A stretch of DNA of 63,996 bases, counting the filler, from Reclinomonas americana ATCC 50394 (Eukaryota): the NCBI GenBank assembly GCA_048213135.1. It is 5 parts of 4 records of this genome, joined end to end, with 100 filler letters (N's around TTAATTAATTAA, not from the genome) between each part and the next. Parts side by side here need not be neighbours in the genome. Positions count along the whole stretch, not along the records: positions 1 to 27,223 come from PS015334.1; positions 27,324 to 49,472 come from PS015335.1; 3 more parts are not named here. One strand, 5' to 3'. A model generated the notes under the pieces. That model searched no databases, had not been told where the DNA came from, and saw nothing but the letters and a program-made list of their open reading frames with translations. Position numbers and translations under genes: made by a program. Positions 25,801-39,700 of the stretch are shown in pieces. The first letter of the stretch is position 1. Each line of letters starts with the position of its first letter.

Positions 25801-27223
25801 GGTATCCAGCACTCGGACGTGAATATGCAAATCTTGTTCCACCGCACCACTGCACAAATCGGTCTGGCCGCGTTCCGCATTGGCCTCCTGGAGGATGCTC
25901 ATGCAGCGCTGCAAGAGATTTGCTCCACCATGCGCATGCGTGAGCTGTTGGGACAGGTGAGGAATGCGACACCGCTGGGGTTTCCCTCTGTCTCCATCTC
26001 TCTTCTCTTCTCTTCTCCTCTCTTTTGTGCCTCCTCTTGTTCTCCCTGCATACCGCAACGAGTCAGTGCTGCATCCACTACCTCCATGGTGCAATCGTGT
26101 TAGTGTTGCGGTACATCAATCCCCTCGCGATGCCGTTGTCTGTTGTGCGCGCCGATTGAGCCTTGTCGGTTATCGACGGGCGCGTTTGGTAGAGGCAGTG
26201 GACTCCGTCTATTTTCTAGATGGCGGCATTCTGTTGAGGCTGCGTCACGAGGCCGAGCTCGCTTTTGTGAGAGACTGTCCACTGTATGCATTTCCCTTTT
26301 TTGAGTGGCCAGTCTGCCTCTGTGGGCAGCGACATCCTTTTTTCTTTCTTCTTCAGCGCTTGTTGCTGAGATCTGTTGCGCAGGGCCAGCAACGGTTCGC
26401 CGAGCGCACACCGGAGCAGGAGCTGAAGGAGCGCCTGCGTCTGGTGCCGTTCCACATGCACATCAACCAGGACACGCTGGAGGCGTCGCATCTGATTTGC
26501 GCCATGCTTCTGGAGGTGCCTGACATTGCCGCGCACCCGCACGACGCCGGCAAGCGGCTGAAGAGCAAGGCCTTCAAGCGCCTGCGTGACCACTACGACA
26601 ATCAGATGTTTACCGGCCCGCCAGAAAACACGCGCGATTACATTAATGCGGCATCGCGTGCACTGCTCAAGGGCCAATGGCGCGAGGCATACGACCTGCT
26701 GGCACGCATGCCCTTCTGGACCCTCGTGTCAAATGCGAGCGCGACTCAGGAGCTGCTGAGAAGGTCGGTCGCCGCATGTGTTTGTCCGACAAGTCTCTGC
26801 TACTTGCATGTACTGAACATTTTTCATGGTGCAGACATGTGCAAGAAGTCGGTCTGAAGGCATTCCTGTGGACGTACGCCACCTTTTACGAAAACATGGG
26901 CCTCGATCACATGGCTGAGCTGTTTGAGTTGCCGCCGAATGTGGTACACCGCACCGTGTCGAAGATGATCTTCACCGACGACTTTTCGGCCTCGTGGGAC
27001 CAGCCAAACAATCTGCTGGTGTTCGACCAAGTACGACCAGCACGTCTGCAGTACCTGGCCAGCCAGTTTGCCGACGAGACGGTGAAGATGGTGGATCAGA
27101 ACGAGCGTCTCTTGTGCCAGCTGTTTGGCACACCCGGCGGTCGCCAGGATGGTGGCAAGGGCGACGGCGAGGGCAAGGACGGTCGTGGTGACCGACGTGG
27201 AGACCGCGGCGGCCGCGGTGGTC
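22816..27223 (+). CDS. EIF3C: Translation initiation factor 3 subunit C, 3' end truncated by gap
   Basis: SKFF plus acidic N-terminus, VERLDDEFTRLLQFTDHHSDEYVERLEDE, DHIYYK, QILFHRTTAQIGLAAFR, VPFHMHIN, FTGPPENTRD, PCI domain. Confidence 0.95.
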
Positions 27224-27267
27224 NNNNNNNNNNNNNNNNNNNNNNNNNNNNNNNNNNNNNNNNNNNN

Positions 27268-27279
27268 TTAATTAATTAA
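27268..27279. other. Artificial scaffold spacer TTAATTAATTAA inside an N run (also 49517-49528, 54454-54465, 62035-62046)
   Basis: Identical stop-in-all-frames 12-mer centred in 100-nt N blocks, four times. Confidence 0.97.
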
Positions 27280-27355
27280 NNNNNNNNNNNNNNNNNNNNN
27301 NNNNNNNNNNNNNNNNNNNNNNNCGTCGTCGTCGTACGTCGTCGTCGTCGTCGTC

Positions 27356-27435
<80 letters not shown>

Positions 27436-27712
27436 ACTTCTTTTCTTTCTTTCTCTCTCTCTCTCTGCACAAACACGCACCTCTCCGTCCCCCCCCCCCC
27501 GCCTTTCCTCTCCCTCGTTCGCAGTCTCTTTCTGCCGTCACTCCGTTTCCGCTCGTGCTTCGCGTCTCATTCCTTTTTTATTCATCTCAACCTTTTTCTC
27601 ACGCGCATTCCTTCGTCCCTCCCATCATTCCTGCTGTGTGCCTCTCTCGCTCTCTTCCCTCCTCACCCTCTCTCTTCCCTTCTCCTCTTCCATTTCTCAT
27701 CGCCCGTCACAG

Positions 27713-29821
27713 CGCATCGACTTGGAACACGCGTTGATCATGCTTCGCGAGGAGCACGACGACCTGCTGGCGGTACGCTGCTCCTTGCTCTCTTCACCTC
27801 TTCATCCGCTTTCTCACCCTCGACCCGTGCACTCACAGTCGCTCAACGAGACTCGCTCGCAACTGAACAAGGCCTCCACGGAGTTGGAGCTGTCGATGAC
27901 GCATCAGGGCATGCTGGAGAAGTCCGCCAAGGATGCCGAGCACCTGGCCAAGGTCCGCCAGATGCAGCTGGATTCGGCGCGTCAGCGGTTGCAGCTGCTG
28001 GATCGCGAGGTCTCGTCGTTGCAATCGGCACTGGAGGAGGAACGGAAGCACAGCAAGGGTCTGTCGAGTCGTCTGGAGCGGCTGGCCGCCAAGCAGTCAG
28101 GTTGGATTTCCTCGCTCTCTGTTTTGCGGCAGTTGCATGTCGTCGACTCATCTCGTGTTGCAGCGGCCAAGAGTTCCGCTCAGGAGGCCGAGTCGGCAGC
28201 GGATGCGAGGGAGCGATTCCGCCGCATGGGTGGTGCGTGTTTATGTCTTGTGCACACAGGAGATGGCGTGGTACTCAACCTTATTGTCTGCAGGTCGCAC
28301 CGACTCGGTTCTCGACGAGTTCCGCTTGAAGGAATCGTCACTGGCAGAGCTGGAGGAGAAGCTGCGCGTCGCTCGGCAGGAGTTGCACGCCAAGAATGAG
28401 AAACTGGAGGAGGCGTCGCAGTATGGCCTCGAGCTGGCGCAACAGCTGGACTCGGTACGACAGCAGTTGGTGGACGAGGAGACACAGGTGATGAAAATGA
28501 GTAGGTTGTTGTCGAGGTCTCCAGCTGTCCTGAACTTTTGTGCGACAAACGCAGCGTGCGGAGGTGGAGAATGAGGCCACATTGCTGCGCGAGAATGTTC
28601 ACGAGCTGAGCGAGGTTTGTTGCAGTTTCTCTCTCTCCCAATTCTCTTCTTCTCTCGCTCTGTCTCTCGCTCCCCAGTTTCCCTTTGGATTCCTCCTTGA
28701 GCTGTTCGTCTGCTTTCCTTTCCTCTCTCTTTCTTTCTTTCCCCACCTCCCTTTTCGTGTGCTCTTCTCGTCGTTTTTGTGTTGTATATCGCCTTCAGTT
28801 TGTCTTGTTTGTCTTGTTTTCGTGTCTCCCTTTCTTGTCTGTCTTCTGTTTCCAACTTTACTTCTCCTGTGTGTTTCTCTCTCCCTCGCTCTCCTTTTCC
28901 TGTGAATTCATTTTTCAGTTGGTCGTCCGCTTTCCACTCCTCTCTCTTTCTTTCCATCCCACTTCCCTTCTCTCATTGTTCTTCTGTTGTTTATCTGCAT
29001 TTACTTGTCTCCCTTTCTTGTCTGTATTCCATTTCCGTCTTGTCCTCCTGCGATCTCTCTCTNNNNNNNNNNNNNNNNNNNNNNNNNNNNNNNNNNNNNN
29101 NNNNNNNNNNNNNNNNNNNNNNNNNNNNNNNNNNNNNNNNNNNNNNNNNNNNNNNNNNNNNNNNNNNNNNNNNNNNNNNNNNNNNNNNNNNNNNNNNNNN
29201 NNNNNNNNNNNNNNNNNNNNNNNNNNNNNNNNNNNNNNNNNNNNNNNNNNNNNNNNNNNNNNNNNNNNNNNNNNNNNNNNNNNNNNNNNNNNNNNNNNNN
29301 NNNNNNNNNNNNNNNNNNNNNNNNNNNNNNNNNNNNNNNNNNNNNNNNNNNNNNNNNNNNNNNNNNNNNNNNNNNNNNNNNNNNNNNNNNNNNNNNNNNN
29401 NNNNNNNNNNNNNNNNNNNNNNNNNNNNNNNNNNNNNNNNNNNNNNNNNNNNNNNNNNNNNNNNNNNNNNNNNNNNNNNNNNNNNNNNNNNNNNNNNNNN
29501 NNNNNNNNNNNNNNNNNNNNNNNNNNNNNNNNNNNNNNNNNNNNNNNNNNNNNNNNNNNNNNNNNNNNNNNNNNNNNNNNNNNNNNNNNNNNNNNNNNNN
29601 NNNNNNNNNNNNNNNNNNNNNNNNNNNNNNNNNNNNNNNNNNNNNNNNNNNNNNNNNNNNNNNNNNNNNNNNNNNNNNNNNNNNNNNNNNNNNNNNNNNN
29701 NNNNNNNNNNNNNNNNNNNNNNNNNNNNNNNNNNNNNNNNNNNNNNNNNNNNNNNNNNNNNNNNNNNNNNNNNNNNNNNNNNNNNNNNNNNNNNNNNNNN
29801 NNNNNNNNNNNNNNNNNNNGC

Positions 29822-29877
<56 letters not shown>

Positions 29878-32800
29878 CCCCATCCTTTTCCCACTTCCTC
29901 TTCCCCCATCTCCCCCCTTCCCCCTTCCCCTTCGCCCTCTCACTCTACCCCGCCTCCTCGCAGCAACTCGCCGAGTACAAGGCCCACGTCGTGGAGCTCG
30001 AAACCGCCAGCGAGACGGTGAACGAGCAGCTGCACGTCGTAGAAAGTCAACTCCACGAAGTGCAGAAGCAGGTGTTGGCCAAGGAATCAACTGTTGCGTC
30101 GACCACATGGCCTCTGGCAGTCCTCTTCTCGACTCACACACAAGTGCAACAGTTGGAAGAGATGCGCACCAAGGCGACCAGCGACAAGACCAAGATCGAG
30201 GAGCTGAACGGCAAGGTGGCCACGTTGCAAGGTTTGTTGGAGGCACGTAGCTATCACGATGACCTGTGCCTGACCCGTCGCGATGAACAGGATCCTTGTT
30301 GGAGGCAGAAAAGACAATGATCAGTGCGGAAGAGGGTCAGCGGTTACGAAGCGAGATTACGGTGAGCATGAATGGTTGTAATCGTTTGAGCTGCTCTGTC
30401 GTTTTGCTGACAGACGTTCTCTCGCAGACGCTGAAGAGTCGCATCGTCGAGCTTGAGCAACTGGTGCAGGAGCTCCGCGAACAGATCGCCAAGATGCAGC
30501 ATTCGGCGGCTCCTGCGCCTGCATCACCAGAGACGTTCAAGGTGCCGACTGTGACATTCGACAGGCGTGTACACACGAGAGAAGAGAGAGAGGAGATTGT
30601 GTTTCTGTTGTGCTCATGGCCCCGCCACAGCCCGCCGGAAGACGTCGTGCGACTGCAGTTGCCGCCGCCTGTGTCATCGGGTATCACCCTCGAGGTGAGG
30701 TGGTTTTGTTGTTCTTCGTTGTTTGTACGGCAGTGTCTTACCCCACCAAAGATTGGTCGCCGCGACATGGCCGTGGTCGAGGGATGGAATGTGGAGAACA
30801 AGTTCGCCAGCGAGACGCTGTCCACCATTCGCTGGCTCTTTAACCAGTTCAACATTGACGCCGCTGGTTTCCTCCAGCTCGAGGAGTTTACGCACGTGCT
30901 GCAGAGCACGTATCCGTCGGTGGATGTGGAGACAGCCAAGGCCGTAGCCACGATTGCCGACTTTGACGACGACGAGGTCGATTGGTGGGATCTGTTGTCG
31001 GTGAGCAGTGGCGGAAGATAGTTGACTGGAATCTGATTCTGTTCGAGGAGGTGTTGTGACGTGACTGTCCCTCTCTCCCTCTGCTTTCTGCCAGTTGGCG
31101 TTTGTTTCTGCTCGTGTGTCTCTCCCGTTTATTCTTTGCCAATTCTTGCCTTCCGTCCTTCGTTCTCAACCTCCTCACTTTGCCGCCCCTGCCTTCATTC
31201 CTTCCTTCCATCTCTCTCCCCGTTCCTTCCCGCTTCTCCTTCCCCCTGTTCCTCCCCCTTTTCCTTCCCCTGTTCNNNNNNNNNNNNNNNNNNNNTCCTT
31301 CCCCCTGTTCCTTCCCCCTGTTCCTTCCCCCTGTTCCTTCCCCCTGTTCCTTTCCCCTTTACCTGTCACCTGTTCCTTCCCCCTGTTCCTTCCCCCTGTT
31401 CCTTCGCCCTGTTCCTTCCCCCTGTTCCTTCCCCCTGTTCCTTCCCTGTTCCTTCCCCCTCCTCCTTCCCCCTTTTCCCTTCCCCTTCCCCTTCCCCTTC
31501 CCCTTCCCCTTCCCCTTCCCCTCCCCCTCCCCCTATCCCCTTACACAATTGTCACCCAGACACTTTACGCGGTGGATCACGTGGGCGTGGCCGACGCACA
31601 CGCTTTCACCATGGCGCTGGAGGGCGACAAGATGGCCATCCAGAGCGAGGGTGCGTGTGCTGTCGTCTCTCACACACTGTGCTTCTTTTTTTCTTCTCAC
31701 GCCTCTGCGTGCACCAGGTGTGCCGTCGGTCGAACGCTGGGTGGTGGACGAAGAGTTGGAGGTGTACTGTCAATTTGTTAATGAGCGCCTGTCCAACTTG
31801 CCGCTACTGGCCGGCCGTTTGCCAGTGACCGCCAGCACCTTTGTCGCCGCCTGCCACGACGGTGTCATCTTGTCGTTGCGTGACACGGCTCATCTCGGTC
31901 GTGCTTTCATTAGCTGACACTCATTTCGTGCCTCGCAGTGCACTATTGAATTACTTTGTGCCGCATACCATCGACGACCGAGTGGTCATCACCTCGCGTC
32001 ACATGGCGGTGACCGACCGGTATCAGAATCTGAATCTGGTGCTCAACTCGGCCAAGGGCGTCGGATGCCGTCTGCGCGACAACATCACGGCGGCCGACAT
32101 TTCCGAGGGCGCCGTGCAGCACGTGGTGGCCATTATCTGGCAGCTGTTCATGGTTCGTGGCGAGTGTCCATTCGAGGAAAAGAGAAGAGTGGTCTCACGC
32201 AGCGTTTGTTGCGCAGGTGAACATGGGCAATCACCTCAGTGGCAAGATGCACCCGGAGATCATCCACCTGGCGACGGCGGACGAGAATGTCGACGCACTG
32301 CTGAAGCTGCCGCCGCTGACATTGTTGATGCGCTGGGTCAACCATTTGTTGAAGAGAGTTGGCTATCCGTCCACTGTGCGCAACTGGAACACGGATTGGG
32401 TGAACGGAGAGGCGGCAACGGTGAGTTCGTTGTTTCCATTTATTTCTAGAGTGTGCCACACACGCTCAACCACCACGGTGCAGTATCTGTTCCAAGCGGT
32501 CGCCGACTCTGGCACATTCGACGCTGCCAAGGTGCTGGCAGACACGCAGGATCCCGTCGAGCGTCTGGAGCGAGTGCATGAGGCGGCAGCTTCGTCACGC
32601 GCCGGTCACCACTTGTTCCTGGTGCCGAGCGCGGTGGCGCACGGTCACAGTCGGCTAATTATCGGCTGGGTCGGTGTGCTCTTCCAGATCAACACGTGTT
32701 TGGCGCCTGTGAGCCCGGCAGAGAGCGCTCAGTATGCACAGCTGCTGGCACACGACGAGGAGGGTTCACGACAGGAACGAGGTGCGCCGATCACAATCCG

Positions 32801-33664
32801 TTTCTTTATTGGTCATTGCTCACTGCGGTGGTGGTGGTGCAGCATATCGCTTCTGGTTGCAGAATCTCGGATTCCAAGTCAACAATCTGTACGAGGATGT
32901 GCGCGACGGCCTGCTGCTGCTCAAGGCCTTTGACTGCATCCACCCCGGCATCGTGCAGTGGAAGCGTATCAACCTCAACCCACGCAGTGTGTTCGCCATG
33001 AGCGGCAACTGCGATTGCGCGCTGTCGATTGGTCGCGATCTGCAGTTCTCGCTCGTCAACATTTCCGGCTCCGACATTGTCAACGGCAACAAGAAGCTGA
33101 TTCTGGCGCTGGTGTGGCAGATGCTGCGTGATCACATTGTGACCACGCTGCGCGCCATGTCCAAGACCTCGCAGGCGATCACCGAGGCCGAGATTTGCGC
33201 GTGGGCCAACAGCAAGGTGCAGCAAAGCGGCCGCGAGTCGCACATTACCAGTCTGCACGATCCGGTGCTGGCCACTGGCCGCTTTATTCTCGAGCTGTGC
33301 GATGCGGTGCGACCGCGCATCGTCAACTGGGACAATGTGAAGCCGGGAGCCACACGTTGCGTCGCTGTCGAGCTGTGTGTGTCATTGGGCGAAGGTGTCT
33401 CATCTGTGTCATGGCAGCCGACGAGCGCAAGTCCAACAGCCAGTACGCCATCTCTGTGGCAAGAGCGCTCGGAACGACGCTCTTTGGTTGCCTATGGGAG
33501 GACATTGTCGTTGCGTTGTACACACGCAGAGAGGGGCTTCCTTTTGTGAAGCAGTGCGGCTCACGTTCCGCATTTCACAGGAGGTCAACTCGCGTGCGAT
33601 CTTGCTCATCCTCGGCAACTTGTGGATGATGGATCGTCCGGCGAATGCAAGACCTGTGCGCTGA
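27713..33664 (+). CDS. Fimbrin/plastin-like actin-bundling protein with long N-terminal coiled coil and EF-hand region, 5' truncated
   Basis: Four CH domains (HDGVILSALLN, PHTIDDR, QNLNLVLNSAKGVGC, LLMRWVNHLL, NNLYEDVRDGLLLL, SLVNISGSDIVNGNKKLILALVWQMLR, YAISVARALG, WEDIVEVN) joined in phase to upstream EF-hand-like and heptad-rich exons. Confidence 0.88.
31239..31460 (+). repeat. Intronic tandem repeat of about 13 bp (CTTCCCCCTGTTC)n grading into (CCCTTC)n
   Basis: Directly visible periodicity in a fimbrin intron. Confidence 0.85.
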
Positions 33665-33787
33665 CAGGAAGACTACCTGTCATCGCAATGACCTTTATCA
33701 CACACAGCAGAAGAGAGGAGGAAAGAAGAAGAGAGAGGACCAATGAATAACGAAGTGTGTCCCGTTTGTCATCAGTCTGCAGACTGA

Positions 33788-36700
33788 ATGCAGTGCGAAT
33801 GGGCTGCACTGGTGCACGCCTTGCAATCACCATTGACCTCTCGCGGTGAGGAGGAACACCGGGCCACAGCAGTTCTCGCCTTTGCTCGGCGATTCCCAGT
33901 CTTTGCGACACGCACTGCTCGACTTGTCATTGTGCGCGCAAACACACACACACAGACAGACAGAGAGCATGCAGCAGCAACGTTGCTGACACACACACAG
34001 TGTGCACAGAGTCGACCTCCAGTGTCACCACAGCTCACTGATGTTGCGTCTGTCTGTGTATATGCACACAGCGCTCTCTCACTCATTCCTCACAGGCTCT
34101 GTGCATTCTGTGTCTGGAGGGCCTGCTGGAGCCGCGAGCTGTGCACTCTGTGATTACTGCGGGTGCACTGGAGGATGCAGAGCAGTGGCGCGTGTTTGCG
34201 CGCTTTGCCTTGCTGTGGATCACGTGCACGAGAAAGAAGAATGCGCATGCAACGAGGAGTGTGGTGGAAGCGTGCTTGGCAGGCATGCAACGCGATGTGG
34301 CGGTGGTGCGAGCGCAGTGGGAGAGTGGTGCGTGCGGGATCGGGAGGGAAGAAAGGATCGTTGAGCTCTCATGCTGGCAGTGCAGGATCGCCTTCTGTGC
34401 TGCAGTGGTGTTTGAGGTGGTTGTCGCCGGCGTGTTGTGAGCGTGTGACTGTGCTGGTGCGCGATGAGGCGCTGCTGGAGGCGCTGCTGCAGCAGGGTGT
34501 GGGGCGTGATGTCGTGACGCCAGTGCTGTCGGCCCTCGGTGCCTTGGCAGGTGATTCTCATAACTTCTTGCCCCTCTCACGGCGCTCACTGTGCGCCCGC
34601 AGCCGCGTTGCTCTCGGCGTGGAACACCGCGCCAGTGCCTCTGTCTTCTGTTGCTGGTGGTGTGGATTGTGTGGAGTTGTCGTCGGAGACCGATGTCGCA
34701 CTGCAGGAGGCTGTTCGTGCGGCGGTGATGCGTGGACGGCTCGGCCTGCGCGAGCGGGAGGAAGTGGTGCGACGCACGACGGAGGCGTTGATGGGTGGCG
34801 CATGTGAACGACGGGTGTCGCAGGCGGTGTGCGGCTTTGTGGAGCGCACGTGGGGCGGAGTGGATGACGACATGACCAAGCCGCCGTGGTGGTTGCTGAG
34901 TCGAGTGGTGGAGCATGACAAAGACTTGCTGGGTGTTCTGGAGTTGCATCGACTGGCCTGGCACATTGGTGTGTGCGTTTGATGTTGAAGTGCTGCGTGC
35001 CTTGCACTGGGATTGTGTTTTACTGTTGTGCAGGGGGCGATGTGGGTGCTGCAAGCAGCGCCGTTCGTCGATTGGCACTGTCGGTGCCTGCTGAAGAGCT
35101 TGCCGACACGATGCGTGCGTGCTTGACCGATGTGGGGATGGATGGGGCGGTGAGTGCCTGTTGTACGCAAAAAGGAAGAGAAGAGAGTTGCTTATCGCGG
35201 TGTGGCACAGCGACGGGCTGGATTGGGCGAGATTGTAGCGGCGGTGATTGCTGTGAATGATGGCAGCCGGCTCTCCACAATCAAGGAGGCACTCGAGTGG
35301 CCTGCAGCCAGCACGCAGTCGCCGTCCGTGGTGGCGGAGGCGGCCATGTTCTGCTTGGAGAGCACGCCAGCAGGCGCGTCCATTGTGCAGGTGTGTTGAC
35401 ATTCATGCATGCTGATATCTGAACTTGCAAACCCAACAATTTCTCGTCGCAGCGCCTGTTGTCACCGCAACTGGTGAACTTGTGGGACTTTTTGATGACG
35501 ATTCGGATTCACGACAAGGTTTCTCCCTCTTCGACGCTGTGTGATGAAAGCATTGACCTCGTTGATCACTGTCTCGCCTCAATGCAGTCGCTGTTCCACA
35601 TATTATCACCGCCGCATGCAAATCTGAGTGTCGCTCGAGTGGATTCGTTGGTCGAGTTGGCAATGCTGCTCGACACCCGGCTGCACTCGACGGCGGAGGA
35701 CGACTCCAAGTCGCCGCTGTTTGAGATCAGCGAGTGGTTGATACGTTTGGCGCACGGGAATCGGCAGCTGCTGGCGGCGGTGCAGTCGCGTTTGGTGCCG
35801 CAGTGTGAGGCCAGTGAGTTGTTGCGGAGGTTGTCAGTTGCGTGCAAAGGGTTATAAAGGGAAAGGGAGGTAAAGGGAAAGGGAGAGGGAGGGAGGGAAA
35901 AGGAGGGGGCGAAGGGAGGGAGAGGGAGAGGGAGAGAGAGGAAGGGACAAGGGAAGAAGGGAAACGAAGAGGGGAAGAGAGGGAAAGGGAGCAGGGAAGG
36001 AGGCAGAGGGAGGAAGGGGCAAGGCAAGAAGTGAAACGGAGAGGGAGGGAGAGTAGTCAGTTGCGTTAAAGAGGGGAGGGTGGGAAAGGGAGCGGGGAAT
36101 CAGGCAATGGAGAGGAAGGGATAAGGAAAGAAGTGAATTGGGGAGGGAGTGGGGAAGGAGGCAAAGGGAGAGGGAGAGGGAGAGGGAGCGAGGCGGAGGG
36201 TAGTCAGTTGCGTGGAAGGGAAAGGGAGCGGGGAAGGAGGCAAAGGGGGAGGAAGGGATAAGGAAAGAAGTGAAATAGGGAGGGGCGAAGGGAGAGGCAG
36301 TGAGGACATTGGAGAATTGAAAAGTTGCCAAGGTAGTTTAGAGAGTACTTGGAGACTTCTGATGGAGAAGATGTCCAGAATGGGTGTTGTTGGAAGTGCA
36401 TGGCGATGCGCCTGACCGTGAAGACTTTTGGTGCAGAAGATAACCAGAAGTAGAGATGAGTGTTCTCTGTCCACCATGACTTGATTAGAGACTCACGATT
36501 GCTGGCATTGCGCAATGTTATGACCAGAGTAGCGCCCAAGAGCATGAGTGTTTTCTTTTCGTAGTCACTTGCTTGAGCAGAGAGGCACGGCCCACGCATG
36601 CACGAGTGCGTGCTGTCTCGCCATTAATCTGTCAGGCGTTAGTGTTTTCTGAGTGAGTACCATGCATGTGCGTGCTCAGCACGTTTGTGCACCGTGTTGT

Positions 36701-39700
36701 TTGCATGAGTAGCGCTCAATCGTGTTCGAGTGCCTCCCATCGTCTGTCGAGTGGGAATCATGTGCGTGCTGTTTATGCACTGCAGTGTACTTGAATGTAG
36801 AGACGCACGAAACGTTGTCATTTTGCTTGAATGAGGACACCCAAGTGAGAGAGTGTGTGTTGGCGTGTGTGTTGCTTGAGTGTGGCTTGTTGTATTGCCG
36901 CCACGCAGCATACTTACCGCCAATTGTGACGCAGGATGTCAATCCATCACTGCGCACTCGTCTTGCTCGAGCTCTGCAAGTGTGCACGGAGTGGGTTGTG
37001 TCGAGGTTTGTCGCCTTCCAACGCATCTTCCTGTGCGTTGTTGTGCCTGACAGCCCCATGCAGTGGATGGTCAGATATCGACATTGAGTGCCTCCGCCGC
37101 ACAAGTAGCGCAATTCTTGGTGAGTGCAACGCACACACTGCGAGGGGACGTGTTCTCTCTCTCTCTCTCCGTGTGTGTGTGCCTCTCTCTCTCCCTGTCT
37201 CTCTCCGTGTGTTCTCAACGAGTATCTTCGCATCCTCAGGCGATGCATCTGAGGACGGTGCACCGGCGGAGAAGCGTCGTCGCACTCTTCAATCTTCCTC
37301 GTCGTCGTCAACTGCAATCGCAGATGATGTGGCTGTTTTGTACTTGAAGATGCTGAAGGTATGGCTGTGCAAAGGAGTGTGCTTCCTTCTTTGTTCTCAC
37401 GTTCCTGTTATGGCAGTCTGACGTCGGAGCTGCGCGATCGCTCTTTCGCTTCGCTCTCGGTCGTGGCGAAGGCGCATGGAGTGCGTATCTTCGCGACACG
37501 CTACTTGCCACTGCACGAACTGCGGATGACACGGTGGCGGAGGTGGCGCAACGAGCACGCCACTTGCAGGCACTGCATCTATGGACCCCTGACGGTTTGC
37601 CGTCTGCGTGAAGTCGTTAATGGTTCTGCGCTCAAGAAGTAGAGGATACAGGATCCCGATTGGTTGCCCTCCGTCCACTCTCAACTCCACTGCCACCAGC
37701 ACTCCTCAAACAAGGCCACTCGCTAACTGCGTCGTCGTCGTCGTCATCCTCCAGGTTTGTCATTTATCTGCATTTCTTTTTGGCGTTGTGCTGATCGTTC
37801 GTCGCAGCCTGTACGCACAAGCAGAGACGATCTCACAGATCGGTCGCCTCAGCATGCACTACATGCAAACGGCGTCGTTCCCGAATGGGATTGCCCTCGG
37901 TTCGGCTCGTGTGTGACTATCCATGTAGGCAGTGCCTCATTCCTGTGTCACCAGCTCGGTTTTTGTCCAACGTGCTGCGCAATCTGTCAACGAGTGCCGA
38001 TGTAGCGAGACTGGTGGAGGAGTTGCAGCGCTTACTGCCGTTTCTGTTGGAAGACACTCTTGCTGGCTTGCTTCGGTGCGTGAAACAGTTAGCTCACAGC
38101 ATCAATTCAGCGCTAATGAGCGCATCCGCGAGCGCAGTTCCGTCCTTCTCGACGCACTGCAGCCAGGGTGTGAATCTGATGAGGTGCATTGCTCTCGAGT
38201 CGCCGGCGTGATGCGACTTGCCACGCAGCAGCCGCAGCTTCCGTGGAGCGCAGTGTTCGATGGCGATGTTTGCGCTCGTCTCGTGTTCAGTCGCGCGCAG
38301 GCAGTGCGCCGATCACGATTGCAGACGGTCGCCAAGCCAGTGGCTGAGCAAGTGATTGAGCTGCTGGAGACGGCACGTGGTGGCACCGCTCGTCTCCTCG
38401 GCGAATGCACGCTGCCGCGCAGTCGGCTGTGGTGGTTTGCCACTCGATTCGCTCCTGCCACTGTGCAGGCACGCATACTGTCCTACGCCTGTGGTGATGG
38501 AGGGCAACAGCAACAGCAACGACAGCAGCAGCACCAATGTGCAGACGAGGAGGATGGGCGGAAGGAGATGGACGATGAAGATGACATTGGTTTGTGCATC
38601 ACCGTGGAAAGTCATGCAGCAGCTCTTCTGACGAAATGTGAATTGCGCAGCGTTGCTGGATGCTGGCAAAAGTGCCAGTGCACCTGCGTTGCCTCCACCC
38701 CGGATGCTGCTGTACACTGAGTCAGGTGAGTGGGTGTGGCGACTTTCCCGTCTCATAGTGTCACTGACAGCACTCTCGTGATGCAGGCACGTTTGTGGAC
38801 CCGGAGGTGAGCTCCGGAAGCGACAAGACAATGCGTCGTTCATTGCTCACATGCAGCGCAGATTTCGTGGTTTGAGCGGCTGGCGGCGCTGGTGGTTTCT
38901 GGCAACCGATGGACTCCCGTCGTTGAATCCTCTGTGCGACCCTGTGAGCGGTTTCCTCACGGTCCATCACCTGTGCCACCACTGCGTGACCTGCTGCTGT
39001 GGGAGTGGCAGCGCGACAGTGCATCTCCGTGGAGCGTCGGTGTGTATCTCCAGGAACTTAATCGTGCTGCCGGCATTACTGACCATGCACATGTGCAGTG
39101 CCATTGCTTCGCACAATGGTGGACGTTCATCTGCCTGCAGTGTTTGGCGATTCAGTGACAGACCTGGCACAGGAGGTGCTGGTCGAGGCAGGGAACTTGA
39201 GAGATCGTGTGCAAGAGTTTCGTGAGGATTCAGAGACAGACAGTCAATGCACTTGTGCTAATGTTGTGGCAGAGAGCGACGCATCGTGGACACTCTACAG
39301 TGCCTGTTTCAGCGGCTTCACGAACATGCCGCTGTTCAAGGTGGTTTGCGCGACTGGGGCGAGGTGGTGAGCACTGTAATGCAGCGCGTGCCACTGTCGG
39401 CGCAGTCGAGAGTTGTGGAGCGACTGGTGGTACCCGTGGTCGTCTCGCTGCGTCCACCACTTGGTCAAGCATCGTCGATGGCGTATGCAGAACACCAGAT
39501 GCACCAGCTCGATCAATGCATGTCAGTGCTCGGTGATGGAGACGCACTCCGTCGACTGCTGCCGCATTTTCTGGTGCAGGCGTGCGAGGCTGGTCTTGTG
39601 GCCTCCACGCTCCTCTCGCAATGTCGGGCGGTGGCCTCGTGGTGCGGTCGAATGGGTGCTGAATACTGCCAGCAGCTGGTCGACGATGCGTTGCAGTGCG

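Noticed and set aside
27268..27279. Recurrent TTAATTAATTAA 12-mer as a biological element
   Set aside because: Always centred in fixed N blocks; an artificial joining spacer, so gene neighbourhood across it is meaningless.
30232..30310. Intron 5' end duplicated in the next exon (TTGTTGGAGGCA), suggesting introner or duplication origin
   Set aside because: Only one clear case plus a weak 8-mer at 15652; introns share no family-level similarity.
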